Source: Mobula hypostoma (taxonomy: Eukaryota). From it: a stretch of DNA of 64,000 nucleotides. Shown here piece by piece: positions 37,501 to 50,340 of the stretch. The position numbers and the translations under genes are program-made. The stretch covers positions 45,880,001 to 45,944,000 of the forward strand of contig NC_086117.1 of the NCBI RefSeq assembly GCF_963921235.1, in the 5' to 3' direction. Position 1 is the first letter of the stretch; every line of letters begins with the position of its first letter. The notes beneath the pieces were generated by a model. The model was not told the DNA's origin. It saw only the letters and a program-made list of their open reading frames with translations, and did not search any database.

Positions 37501-39900
37501 CTAAGAACGTCAACATCTAGATCATTACCATATAACATGAAACGAAGTGGTCTCAACAATGACCCCCGCAGAACACCACTAATCACTGGCAGCCAACCCA
37601 AAAAGGCTCCTTTATTCCCACTCTTTGCCTTCTGCTGCTCAGCTATTCTTCTGTCCATGTTAGAATCGTTCCTGCAGTATCTTGTTTATCAGAATCAGAA
37701 TCAGGTTTATTATCACCGGCAAATGTCGTGAAATTTGTTAACTTAGCAGCAGCAGTTCAATGCAATACATAATATAAAAGAAAAAGGAAAAAAATAAAAT
37801 AATAATGATAATAATAAATACACAAGTAAATCAATGACAGTATATTTATATTGAATAGATTAAGAATCGTACAAAAAACAGAAATAATATATATTAAAAA
37901 AGTGAGATAATGCTCAAAGGTTCAATGTACATTTAAGAATCAGATGGCAGAGGGAAGAAGCTGTTACTGAATCGCTAGGTGCCTCAGCAGCCTTATATGT
38001 GGCACCTTATCAAAGATCATCTGAAAATCCAAGTAAACAACATCTATAGGCTCTACAGATCTATAGATCTCCAGTCCTGACGAAGGGTCTCGGCCTGAAA
38101 CGTCGACTGCACCTCTTCCTAGAGATGCTGCCTGGCCTGCTGCGTTCACCAGCAACTTTGATGTGTGTTGCTTGAATTTCCAGCATCTGCAGAATTCCTG
38201 TTATCTACAGACTCTCCTTAGTCTAAACTACCTATTACTTCTTCAGAGAATTCCAACAGTTTTGTCAGCTAGATTTCCCCTTATGGAAACCATTCTGACT
38301 TTAGCTTCTATTAACATGTGCCTCCAAGTACCCCAAAACCTCATCCTTTGTAATGGACTCTAACGTCTTGCCGACCACTGAAGTCAGGCTAACTGGCCTA
38401 GAATTTCTTGTCTGTTGCCTCACTCCCTTCTTAAAGTGTGGGGTGACAATTGCAAGTTTCCAGTCCGCCGGAACCATTCTAGAATCTCGTGGTTCTTGAA
38501 GGATCACTACCAATGTCTCCACAATCTTTTCAGCTACTTCTTTCAGAACCCTGGGGTTCTGTCCAGATGACTTAACTGCCTCCAGGCCTTTCAGCTTCCC
38601 AAGCTCCTTCTCCTTAGTAATAGAACCCGCACTCACTTCTGCTCCCTCAGTCTCTTGAATTTCTGGCATGTTGCTGGTGTCTTCCATAGTGAAGATTCAA
38701 AATACTTGTTCAATTCATCCACCATTTGTTTCTTCCTCATTACTACATCTCCAGCAGTCCGATATCCACTCTCGCCTATCTTTTACACTTTATTTATCTG
38801 AGAAAACTTCTGGTACCCTCTTTTACACGAATGGCTAGCTTACCTTCATATTTCATCTTTTCATTCCCTATTGCCTTTTAGTTAGCCTTCTTTTGGCTTT
38901 TAAAAACTACCCAGTCCTCCAGATTGTCCCTAACTTTTGTTATATTTTTTGCCCTCCTTTTACTTTTAATCCTGACTTTGACGCTACAGTTGTCTCATGC
39001 CCCCTTTATCTTCTTTGAGATGAAAGAAGCATGCACCTTCTGAGTTGCTGCCAGAAACTCAGGCCATTGCTTTTCTTCCATCATCCCTGCTAGTTTCCCC
39101 TTCCAATCAACTTTGGCCAGCTCTTCCCTCGTGCCTCTGTCAGTACCTTTACTCAACTATAATACCGATACAGTACATCCAATTTTAGCTTCTCCCTCTC
39201 AAACTGCAGGGTAAATTCTATTGAATTATGATCATGATCACCTCAGGTTTCTTTTACCTTAAGCTTTCTAATCAAATATGGTTCATTGCATAACACCAAA
39301 TCTGGAATTGCGTTTTTCCCTAGTGGAATTGACCAAAGCTGTTCTAAAATGCTTTCTTGTAGTCATTCTACAAATCCCTTCACTGGAATCCAGCACCAAT
39401 CTGATTTTCCCAATCTACATGCATATTGAAATTCCCCATAACTATTGTAACGTTGCCCTTTTTACTCACCTTTTCTATCTCCCATTGTAGTTTGTACCCC
39501 ACATCCTGGCTATTGTTCAGAGGCCTGTAAGAAACACCCATCAGGGTCTTTTTACCCTTACAGTTTCTTAACTCTACGCACAAGAATTCTAAATCTTTTC
39601 ATCCTATGCCACTTTCTTCGAAGGATTTGACTTCATTTGTTTCACCTTCTTGGTTCCCCTTCCTAACTTTTCAATAAAGTGTTTGGCACCCGGCCATGAT
39701 CTTCTTTCAACCATGACTCTGTGATGCCTACAATGGCTTTCCTGCCAATTTCTAACTGCACTGTAAGCTCACCTACCTTATTTCATACACTGCATGCATT
39801 TGAATCTAACTCCTTCAGTCCTATATCCACAACCCTTCTTCTTACTTTTATCTGCATTTTGTCCAAAATTAAACTCTTATCCCCTTTTATATTTCCCTGT
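37500..39900 (-). mobile_element. CR1-like LINE with nested LINE-tail and Penelope insertions (mirror 52790-55190)
   Basis: ORFs 38301-38687 and 39380-39583 with CR1 EN/RT motifs. Confidence 0.85.
38072..38109 (+). ncRNA. Minimal type I hammerhead ribozyme motif (Penelope terminal repeat); mirror 54581-54618 (-)
   Basis: CAGUC-CUGACGA-AGG(GUCUCGG)CCU-GAAA-CGUC^GACUG: intact core, stem I CAGUC/GACUG, stem II AGG/CCU, palindromic ACGU stem III. Confidence 0.7.
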
Positions 39901-40224
39901 CTTATTACAGTATTTATCCTGCATACTTCAGTAAGCTTTCCTGCAATTTAATTCCCTTTCAAGGTGTTGAAAGCACTCCCATCCCCCTCGCCCTTGAACC
40001 TTTGCAATCCCCTCAGTGTTGTTGGGGAGGGGTCTCCAGGACTTACACCCAGTAGTGAAAAAGTGCTGGAGACTTGGTGGTGTCCTGCTGCCTTTATCTC
40101 ACTGAGGGGACGTGGTTACTGGGTTTGGGCAGTGCTGTCAGCGTAGCCTGGATGAGCAACTGCAATGCACTTGTAGCTAATACGCACGACAGCCACCATT
40201 GGTAGAACGGATGAGAGTTTAGAG

Positions 40225-40755
40225 TGGTGACAGGCTGCATCACTGTCTGGTATGGCGGGGAGGGGGGCTACCGCACAGGACCGAAAGAAGCTGCAGGGGG
40301 TTGTAAATCTAGTCAGCTCCATCTTGGATACTAGCCTACAAAGCACCCAGGACATCTTTAGGGAACAGTGTCTCAGAAAGGCAGCGTCCATTATTAAGGA
40401 CCTCCAGCACCCAGAGCATGCCCTTTTCTCACTGTTACCATCAGGTAGGAGATACAGAAGCCTGAAGGCACACACTCAGCGATTCAGGAACAGCTTCTTC
40501 CCCTCTCCCATCTGATTCCTAAATGGACGTTGAACCCTTGGACACTACCTCACTTTTTTAATATACACTATTTCTGTTTTTGCACGATTTTTAATCTATT
40601 CAATATATGTATACTGTAATTGATTGATTGATTTATTATTATTTTAATTTTGTTTTTTTTTCTTTTATATTAAGTATTGTATTGAACTGCTGCGGCTAAG
40701 TTATCAAATTTCACATCACATGCTGGTGATAATAAACCTGATTCTGATTCGGATT
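40225..40755 (+). mobile_element. Rex1/L2-like LINE 3' end with (ATTCTG)n tail (mirror ~51935-52465)
   Basis: DRKKLQGVV..LLPSGRRYRSL..RFRNSFFP. Confidence 0.8.
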
Positions 40756-41004
40756 CTTCTGAATGGGGCTGCTTCGTCCTGGGTTGTGTCGAGCTTCTTG
40801 AATGTTGCTGGCGCTGCACAGATCTAAACAGGTGGAGAGTATTCGATCAGGCTCCTGACTTGTGGCTTGTAGATGGTGGATAGGACATAGGGTGTTAGGA
40901 GCTGAGTCACTCTCTGCAGGTTACTCAGCCTCTGACCTGCTCCCGAGTCTCAGTACTTCTAGAATGCCTTGGGGTTTTGTCCAGGAACTCACTGTGTTTA
41001 GCAG

Positions 41005-41816
41005 CATTCAATCCTGACCAGATTTCCAGTCCCTGCTGCTGAAAAGCATCCATGGCATGATGCTACGTCCACCATACTTTACAGTAGGGATGGAGTTACC
41101 TGGTTGATGCTCAGGATTAGATTTGCGCCACACATACCACTTAGTGTTGTGGCCAAAATTGAATTCATTCTTCCCTCTCCCAGTAAATGTTCCCCGTGCC
41201 ACTGGCTGCAACACAAACCCAAAGCATGATCGATCCACCCCCGTGCTTAACAGTTGGAGAGGGGTTCTTTTCATGAAATTCTGCACCCTTTTTTCTCCAA
41301 ACATACCTTTGCTCATTGTGGCCAACAAGTTCTACTCAAAAGGTTCAAAGAAACATCTAAGCAAGCCTGATGCATTTTGGAAACAAGTCCTGTGGACTGA
41401 TTAAGTTAAAATAGAGGGAAGAATGAATTCAATTAAATACCAGCAAATTCTGGAAGCAAAAATCACACCATCTGTAAAAAAGCCAAAGATGAAAAGAGGA
41501 TGGCTTCTACAACAGGATAATGAACCTAAACACACCTCAAAGTCCACAATGGACTACCTCAAGAGGCGTAAGCTGAAGGTTTTGCCATGGCTCTCACAGT
41601 ACCCTGACCTAAACATCATCGAGAATCTGTGGATAGACCTCAAAAGAGCAGTGCATGCAAGACAGCCCAAGAATCTCACAGAACTAGAAGACTTTTCAGC
41701 CTTTTGCAAGGAAGAAAATAGCTGGCTACAAAAAGCATTTCCCCCAAACAAGAATTGAAAGACTCTTAGCTGGCTACAAAAAGCATTTACAAGCTGTGAT
41801 ACTTGCCAAGGGGGTG
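41005..41816. mobile_element. Scrambled Tc1 transposase mosaic at the inner arm boundary (mirror 50865-51685)
   Basis: QQDNEPKH, WLSQYPDLNIIENLW, VLWTD on plus; PTVKHGGGS and PTVKYGGRS segments on minus. Confidence 0.88.
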
Positions 41817-41879
41817 CCTCTTTTACTGGGTAAATCCCTGTGTGTTGCTTGAATTTCCAGCATCTGCAGAATTCCTCGT

Positions 41880-42275
41880 GTTTATGTCAATTTATTAGGT
41901 TGTAAATTAATTTTTAAAGCTTTAGAAATTGTAGAAAAAACAGATTTCCCAAACTGTTTCAATAGAGAACACAACCAAAACATATGTGTCAATGTAGCTA
42001 TCTCAGTTTTACACCTATCACACTGACTATTAACATTAGGAAATATTTTAGACAGTTTCTCCTTTGTCAAATAATAACGATGTACAATTTTAAATTGAAT
42101 TAGAGAATGACTGGCATGCATCGAAGAACAGTTAACCAACTTCAAAATTCGCAACTAATCCTCTGTTATCAAGGTCATGTTAAGCTCTCTTTCCCAATCT
42201 TGCTTAATCTTAAATAGAGGATAATTATCCTGTTGTAATAGTAAATTGTAAATTTTCCCAATAAAACCTCTTTAT
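41880..42275 (-). mobile_element. L1/Tx1 LINE ORF2 C-terminal fragment
   Basis: IQFKIVHR..CDRC..THMFWLC zinc knuckle. Confidence 0.8.
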
Positions 42276-42279
42276 AATC

Positions 42280-43000
42280 CTCATGTGCTTTGTTTGCTCC
42301 TTACTTATGAAGCTTTACATATTTTTCCTTTTTCTTTTGACTAAATTCATCATCCCTCTGGACATCCAACGTCATCTTCTCTTTCCATCCCTGTCCTTCT
42401 TTCTAACAGGAACAGACCTTTCTGGTACTCTGTGCAATTGAACACCCTCCACATGTCTGATGTTGCCTTGACAGAAAAAAGGTGATCCCAATTAAGTCTT
42501 CTTAGTTCATAATTTGCCCTCCTCCAACTTAAGCCTCTCCTGCAAGGACTATACCCATCCTTATCTAAAGCTATCCTGAAAATTAAGGAGCTGTGGTCAC
42601 TGTTCCCTAACCGATCACCCACTGAAAGGTAAGTCACCTGGCCAGGCTCATTACCCAACACCAGGTCCAGTACAGCCCCTCCTCTCATCGGGCCGTCCAC
42701 ATATTGATTTAAGAAACCTTCCTGGATACCCTTAACAAACTCTACCCCTTCTAAACCCCTTACACTAAGAAGGTCCCAGTTTATATTAGGGAAGTTGAAC
42801 TCCCCCATGACGACAGCCCCGTTATTTTTACTAATTTCCTTGATATGATCACCTATCTGTTCTTCAATGTCCCAGTGGCTATTAGGGGGTCTCTAGTACA
42901 ATTCCATCAGTGTGATTGCACCCTTCCTATTCCTGAGTTCCCCCCAAATGGACTCAGTATCTGACCACTCCATCATGTCTCTGCTGAGTGCAGCAATGAT
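42280..43000 (-). mobile_element. CR1-like endonuclease fragment
   Basis: MGEFNFPNINW..LDLVLGNE..LGNSDH. Confidence 0.85.
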
Positions 43001-45056
43001 AATAAACCATCACCAATATGAAATAAGCCATGGCAGGGGTTGTCATGTCATTAACCTGGTGTTCGTGATCGGGTCTTCTTGCAATTCCGACAGACTGGGC
43101 TGAGAGGAGCTAGCGGCTGCTGCGGCTAGAACTGCAAACCGACAGTCACTGACTCCTACTTTGTGCTCAGTTGGTTAATGATTCCTTCAGTAAGAAGGAT
43201 CAAAACAAGACTTGGTGCCAAAAAAAAGATCAGTTAATGGAATACTGAAATACAGGAAGAATGATTCGCACTCCAGCAACCATATTGAAAACCAATTATG
43301 CTGCCATTACTATAGAAAAGATGGGAGTTTGGGCATGACCAGGGCAGGTTAATATAATGTGGAGTCTTTGGTGGATACACTTTGGTGCACGTAACAAGGT
43401 GCACATATTTGTTACATGATGTGAGACTGGTTACTGGATATGTTCAAAGGAGATTGGGAGAGCTTTATCTGAAGGCCAAAGGGCAATGGTATGAAATCCT
43501 TTAATATGAGAGGGGTTGTTTACAAGAATGAGGAAGTCTTATTGCAGTTGAATAGGGCCTGGGTGAGACTGCATGTATATCTTTGGTTTCTTGACCTCGA
43601 GGTGCTTGCCTCGAGGAGTGCTGCAAAGATTCATGAAACTGGTACCAGGGATGGTGGGTCTGTCACCTAAGGAGAGATTGTATTTTCTTGGAGTTCAGTA
43701 GAACAGGAGTACATCTCATTAAAACCTACAAAGCTGTTGATAGACATAACTGGTTGGATGCAGGGAGGATGTTTCCCCTAACTGATGAGTCCAGAGCTGG
43801 GGGAAAAGCAATTTTGGACTGAGATAAGGGGAGACTTCTGCACTCAATGGGCAATGAATCTACCTCAGAGGGCTGTGGAAGCTACAATAATGTTCATTCA
43901 ATGCAAGCGACATAGGAAATAAAGGGATATGGGAATCGGGCTGATATACATTGACGTTAATGAATGTTAGAGCAGGCTGGAGGATCCTTTGGCTGATTTC
44001 TGATTTTAAAGCGGCTGCCTCCTCTCTGGGAAAATAAACAAAAAGTACTGAAACACTCAGCAGGTCAGGCAGCTTCCATGGAGAGAGAAACAGAGTTAAT
44101 ATTTCAAGTCAATGACTCTCCATCGGAACTGGGAAACAGAGGGAATGCCAGCTTTAAATTGCAGGGCTGGATAAAACAAAGGGAAAACGGATGAGGCCAG
44201 AGTTTCTTTGGGATTAAGCTGCAGATGCAGGCACCTGGTTGACAAGATAAAGAGAGGAAGTGCACAATCAAAGGGAGAGGTAAAAGCTTTGGAATGCAGG
44301 TCTGGTGGTGTGGGAATACCCAGCCGATCAGGCAGTGTTAGTGGAGAGAGGAATACCGAGACAGTGTCACAGGTGGAACCAGCCAGTTCTGATACAAACT
44401 GAAGAAGCCACTTACTGGAAATTGATAAATCCAGCTCTGACTGCAGAAGACGTTCCTCAGAGTCAGAATTAGGTTAATTATCATTGTCATACAGAATATG
44501 GCATGAAATTTGTTGTGGCAGCAGAATAGTGCAAGAGATAAAATTGCAAAGTAAAAAAAAGTGCAAAAGAATGAACTAGTGAGATAGTGCTGCTGACAGG
44601 TCTCGGCCCAAACCGTCGACTGTACTCTTTCCCATAGATGCTGCCTGGCCTGCCGAGTTCCTTCGGCATTTTGTTACAAGGTAGTGTTCATGGGTTCATG
44701 GAACATTCAGAAATCTGATGGCAGAAGGGAAGAAGCTATTGTGGAATTGTTGAGTTGGTCTTCAGGCTCCTTTGCCTGCTGTTGGTAGTAATGGGAAGAG
44801 ATCATGTCCTAGCTGCTGAGGTTTTTCAATGATGGATGCAGTCTTCTTGACGAACTGCCTTGACGAACTCCTCGTTCAAGTCTGTAGATGACTCTGACCC
44901 CACAACTCTCCCAATGCTGTATTCCAGACCACAACTACTCCCGTGTCCCTTTCATGTCAGCTATGGTTGCTTTGCCAATCACCTTTAATCAGAATCAGGT
45001 TTATTGTCACACGTATGTCATGAAATTTGTTGTTTTGCAGCAGCAGTGTAGTGTAA

Positions 45057-45634
45057 TCTATATACTACTAAAACTCTCATGCTCTGTCTGTCTGTTTGTG
45101 ACCTCCAATTAGCGCAAACGGTGCATTACAGTGGCACTTTTTTTGGCTAAATCGAATTAAAATGCGCTAACTTACAGAATACAGGCACAGTTCAGGGCTG
45201 TATATTAGTATAAAATTGCTCATTCACCAAAATCAACTGGCTTCCATTTAACCCGAGAGCCAATCAGCCATCGTGGAAATCGGGACACAACAGCCCGACG
45301 CGTGCACACAGCCAGCCTCAGCAGCGACACCTACTGGAGCAAAAGGGCAGGGCAGCTCTATTTCGCGGGGTCACATTCTGCTAATCACCATCAGCATGTG
45401 CAGGATTGGGACAGATCTAACAGCCACCCATCAATAAGAGATAATTAAATCTTATTGTAATGACGTACTTCGAGACACCCATAAAACCCTTTGCTGCAGT
45501 CAAAGGACAGCGGTGACTATATCACGTCCATTTAGGAGAGCGCCAACCACATCATCAAGTACAATCAGCATCCTTTGATGTAACTGCTTCGTATCTTCTA
45601 TCCAGCGTTAGGGTAAAAAAAATGGTCAGCCTAA
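45057..45634 (+). mobile_element. Possible non-autonomous Helitron-like element
   Basis: A|TCTATATACTACTAAAA 5' end, (CTGT)n near the start, CTAA|T 3' end; no clear hairpin. Confidence 0.35.
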
Positions 45635-46179
45635 TTATGCTGTGTGGAAAGGGAAGGGGGAGATTATGATCAAGAGATGACACCAAACATCGTTGGGAAG
45701 TGGCAAGGGGAGGGAGAGAACAAGAATCGGATGAGGCCAGGGCCGCACGACTCCAGGATCAAAGAGTCAGGACAAAAAAAGATAAGAGAAGAAGAGACAG
45801 AGGAGGAGAGGCATGCACGTCTCTGCAAGCGTCGTGGAACATGTAGAGCAGAACAAGACACAGAAGACGTCCTGGTCATCCACTGCGCCTCGTCCCATCT
45901 CCAGCCGTCTTGACTCTTGTCTTGCCGCTGGATCCAGATGGGAATTGGGAAGAGAGAGTGAGGCTGACGCTGCGCAACTCTCCCTCACTTAAATCCAAAT
46001 GACGCGCTGATGGTGTCGAGGTCTTCATCGACGACAACGATGGACGAACAACAACAACAGACAGGTATATGGAGGAATTTAAGGTGGGGGCTTATATGGG
46101 AGGCAGGCTTTGAAGGTTGGCACAACATTGTGGGCCGAAGGGCCTGTACTGTGCTGTACTATTCTATGTTCTCTGTTCT

Positions 46180-49100
46180 ATGTTTGACCTGGCTTTAGAA
46201 CCTTTAGCTATTGCTTTTCGAGAATCTAATGATATCACTGGTATTTTACAGAAGGGTACTATCCACAAAGTTTCACTTTATGTGGATGATTTATTGCTTT
46301 ACATTTCTAATTTTTAAACTTCATTACCTTCGGTGCTTTCTTTACTATCTTGTGTTAGTCAATTTTCTGGATATAAGCTGAACCTACACAAGAGTGAACT
46401 TTTTCCTTTGAATATTTTGCCATTAACTGATATTAACCACCCTTTTAAAATTGTAAGAAACCAATTCACTTATTTGGGTGTAACAATTACTAAGAATTAT
46501 AAATACTTACTTAAGGAAAATTTTCTTACTTTATTAAATTATATAAAAAGAACATTATCAAATTGGTCGCCCCTCTTGTTATCATTGATTGGCCGAATTA
46601 ATTCTATTAAAATGAATGTTTTACCTAAATTTATATACCTCTTTCAGGCATAACCCGTTTTTATTCCTAAATCCTTTGTTGACTCTCTGGACTCTATTTT
46701 ATCCTCCTACATATGGGAAAATAAACATCCTCGATTGAATAAACTCCATCTCCAGAAAGTTAAAAAGAATGGAGGTTTAGCTTTACCAAATTTTATGTTT
46801 TATTACTGGGCAGCTAATATACGGAATCTCACGTTTTGGTTATACTATATTAAGCACGAGGACTGTCCCGGGTGGGTTTCTTTAGAAGCTAAGTCGGTTA
46901 ATAAATTTTCTATTATCTCCCTATTAAGTAAGATAACTGAAAATGTAGTAGTCAAACATACTTTACGGATTTGGATACAATTTAGAAAACACTTTGGTTT
47001 ATTGAAATTCTCCCTTTCTAGTCCCATTTTTTAAAATTATTTTTTTATCCTTCCATGACTGATGTAGTCTTTAAACAATGGGAAGGATTGGGCATGACAT
47101 GCTTCCGGGATCTGTTTGTGGGAGGAAGTCTTTCTTCGTTTGAACAATTGTCAACTAAATATAGTTTACCAAAAACCCATTTTTTTTGGTACTTACAAAT
47201 TAGAGATTTTCTGCAATCTCAATTATATACATTTCCTAATAGACCTGATAAGAACGTTTTAGATGAAATTCTTAATATGAAACCATTCTATAATGGTTCA
47301 ATATCCAATTTTTATGATATGTTGTTGGGAATGAGAAATGATTCTTTAGATAAGATTAAAAATCTTTGGGATCAAGATTTACAGACCACAATTTCTGAAG
47401 AAACTTGGAATGAGATTTTTAAATTGGTTAATACTTCATTGCTATGTGCTCTTCATTCCCTCCTGCAATTTAAAGTGGTTCATAGGGCTTATATGACCAA
47501 GGATGTTATCTCATTTTTTTAGAGATATGTCTCCCTATTGTGATACTTTTATACTTATACTTTATACTTTATTGTCGCCAAACAATTGATACTAGAACGT
47601 ACAATCATCACAGCAATATTTGATTCTGCGCTTCCTGCTCACTGGATTACAAATATTAAATATTAAAATAGTAAAAATTAGTAAATATTAAAAATTTAAA
47701 TTATAAATCATAAATAGAAAATAGAAAAATGGAAAGTAAGGTAGTGCAAATAAACCGAGAGGCAAGTCCGGATATTTGGAGGGTACGGCCCAGATCCGGG
47801 TCAGGATCCGTTCAGCAGTCTTAACACAGTTGGATAGAAGCTGTTCCCAAATCTGGCCGTACGAGTCTTCAAGCTCCTGAGCCTTCTCCCGGAGGAAAGA
47901 GGGACGAAAAGTGTGGTGGCTGGGTGGGTCATATCCTTGATTATCCTGGCAGCACTGCTCCGACAGCGTGCGGTGTAAAGTGAGTCCAAGGACGGAAGAT
48001 TGGTTTGTGTGATGTGCTGTGCCGTGTTCACGATCTTCTGCAGCTTCTTTTGGTCTTGGACAGGACAACTTCCATACCAGGAAGAATGCTTTCTACGGTG
48101 CATCTATAAAAATTAGTGAGGGTTTTAGGGGACAGGCCAAATTTCTTTAGTTTTCTCAGGAAGTAAAGGCACTGGTGGGTCTTCTTGGCAGTGAACTCTG
48201 CTTGGTTGGACCAAGTCAGGTCATTTGTGATATTGACCCCAAGGAACTTAAAGCTTTTGACCTGTTCCACTTGTGCCCACCGATGTAAATTGAGTCGTGC
48301 GGTCCGCTACTCCTTCTGAAGTCAACAACCAATTCCTTCATCTTGCTGATGTTGAGGGATAGGTTATTTTCTTCGTACCATGCCACCAGGTTCTTAATTT
48401 CCTCCCTGTACTCAAACTCATCATTACCCGAGATACGGCCAACAATTGTTGTGTCATCAGCAAACTTATATATTGAGTTTGATGGAAACTTGGCTACACA
48501 ATCATGGGTGTACAGTGAGTACAGCAGGGGTCTGAGTACACAGCCTTGTGGGGCACCGGTGCTCAGAGTGATTGTAGAGGAGAGCTTGTGCCTTATTTTT
48601 ACAGTCTGGGTCCTGTCTGTGAGGAAGTTGGAGATCCAGCAGCAGATCTGAATGCTCAGGTCCAGGTTCCGGAGCTTAGGAATCAGTTTATTTGGAATGA
48701 TGGTACTAAAGGCAGAGCTGTAGTCAATGAAAAGGAGCCTTACGTATGCGTCTTTATTCTCCAGGTGTTCTAAGGAGGAATGTAGGGCCAGAGAGATGAC
48801 ATCTGCCGTTGACCTGTTGCTCCGGTAGGTGAATTGCAAAGTGTCGAGGTTGACCGGTAGGCTGTGGTTGATGTGTGCCATAACCAATCTCTCGAAGCAC
48901 TTCACAGCAATTGATGTGAGAGCCACAGGTCGATAGTCATTCAGGCATGCCACCTTGCTCTTCTTCGGCACTGGGATTATCATTGCCTTCTTAAAACATG
49001 GGGGGATCTTAGACTGAAGCAAGGAGCAGTTGAAGATGTCAGCAAACACTCCAGCTAGCTCGCTTGCACAGGCCCGGAGAACCCATCCTGGGACGCCATC

Positions 49101-50340
49101 TGGGCCCGTCGCCTTCCTTGGATTTATCTTCAGGAAGGCCCTTCTAACGTCCTCCTCGGTGATGATGAATCTCGATGCCACCAGGTCCAGTTCATCCGGA
49201 GGGAGCGGGACGCTCCTCTTCTGTTCGAATCTTGCGTGGGATATGTTAAGTTCATCAGCAAGACAAGCACCACAATTATTGATATTCCCAGCCTTTTCTT
49301 TGCGCCCGGTGATCTCATTTAGACCCTGGCATAGTCTACTGGCATCCCTCTGGTTAGCCTGGGCTTCCAACTTGGCTCGATATTGCCTCTTTGCGCCTTT
49401 AATGGCTTTCCGGAGTTCACGCCTGGATTCCGTGTAGCGACTGGTATCCCCGGACCTAAAAGCCGCAGCTCTAGCCTTTAAAAGGGACTTGACCTCATAA
49501 TTCATCTAAGATTTCCGGTTAGGGAATACCCGGATCATCTTGCGAGACACACAGTCCTCCGTGCATTTCCAAATAAAGTCGGTGACAACTGAGGCATACT
49601 CATCAAGGTTAGCTATCGAGTCCTTGAATACTAACCAGTCCACCGATTCAAAGCAGTCATGGAGGACCTCATCCGTTTCCTCCGTCCAACGTGACACTAC
49701 TTTTGACACCGTGACCTCCCGCTTCAGTTTCTGTTTGTAAGCTGGGAGGAGGAGTACGGCCTGATGGTCCGATTTTCCGAAGTGAGGTCGTGGGACGGAA
49801 CAGTAGGCATCCTTGACTGCTGTGTAGCAGTGGTCAAGTATATTCGGGCCTCTAGTGGGGCAGGAGACATGTTGGTATAACTTTGGCAGCACCTTTCTGA
49901 GGTTAGCCTGGTTAAAGTCCCCAGCTGTAATGAGCAAAGCCTCTGGATACCTGGTCTCAAGTTCACTGATGTTGGCATACAGTATGTTCAGAGCATACAT
50001 TGATAGGTGTAACAATGGAGAAGCTTCATTTATTCATATGTTTTGGATATGCCCAAGTCCTGGAAAATATTGGAAGGAAATATTCCAGATTTTTTCTGTA
50101 CTCTTTAAAGTAAATTTTAAACCTAATCCTTTGACTGCCCTATTTGGTATTGTTGGAAGGAAAGATATCATTTTGAAGACATCTGATGTGCACATTCAGG
50201 CTTTTATCTCTCTTATTGCTAGGAGGGCACTTTTGTTTAAATGGAAGGATGCTGTTCAGCCTAATCATGCTCAGTGGTTACGGGATATTAGGGCATGCCT
50301 AAATTTAGAAAAGATTCATTGTTCAATTTCTGAATCTAAC
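46180..50340 (+). mobile_element. L1/Tx1 LINE ORF2 remnant interrupted by a Rex1-like element
   Basis: ALEPLAIA, SLYVDD, FSGYKLN, GGLALPNF, and a CDRC..HMFW knuckle split by the insertion. Confidence 0.88.
47546..50000 (-). mobile_element. Rex1/Babar-like LINE, 5'-truncated, TSD TGATA
   Basis: 429-aa RT ORF (LNDYRPVALTS, GAPQGCVL, KFADDT); (TAAAGTA)n tail; TGATA at 47541-47545 and 50001-50005. Confidence 0.88.

Larger units (their letters stand above)
29230..41816. repeat. Inverted segmental duplication, left arm (~12.6 kb)
   Basis: Mirror-image ORFs with constant coordinate sum 92689-92690, e.g. 38301..38687- vs 54003..54389+ and 32400..32906- vs 59783..60289+. Confidence 0.98.
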
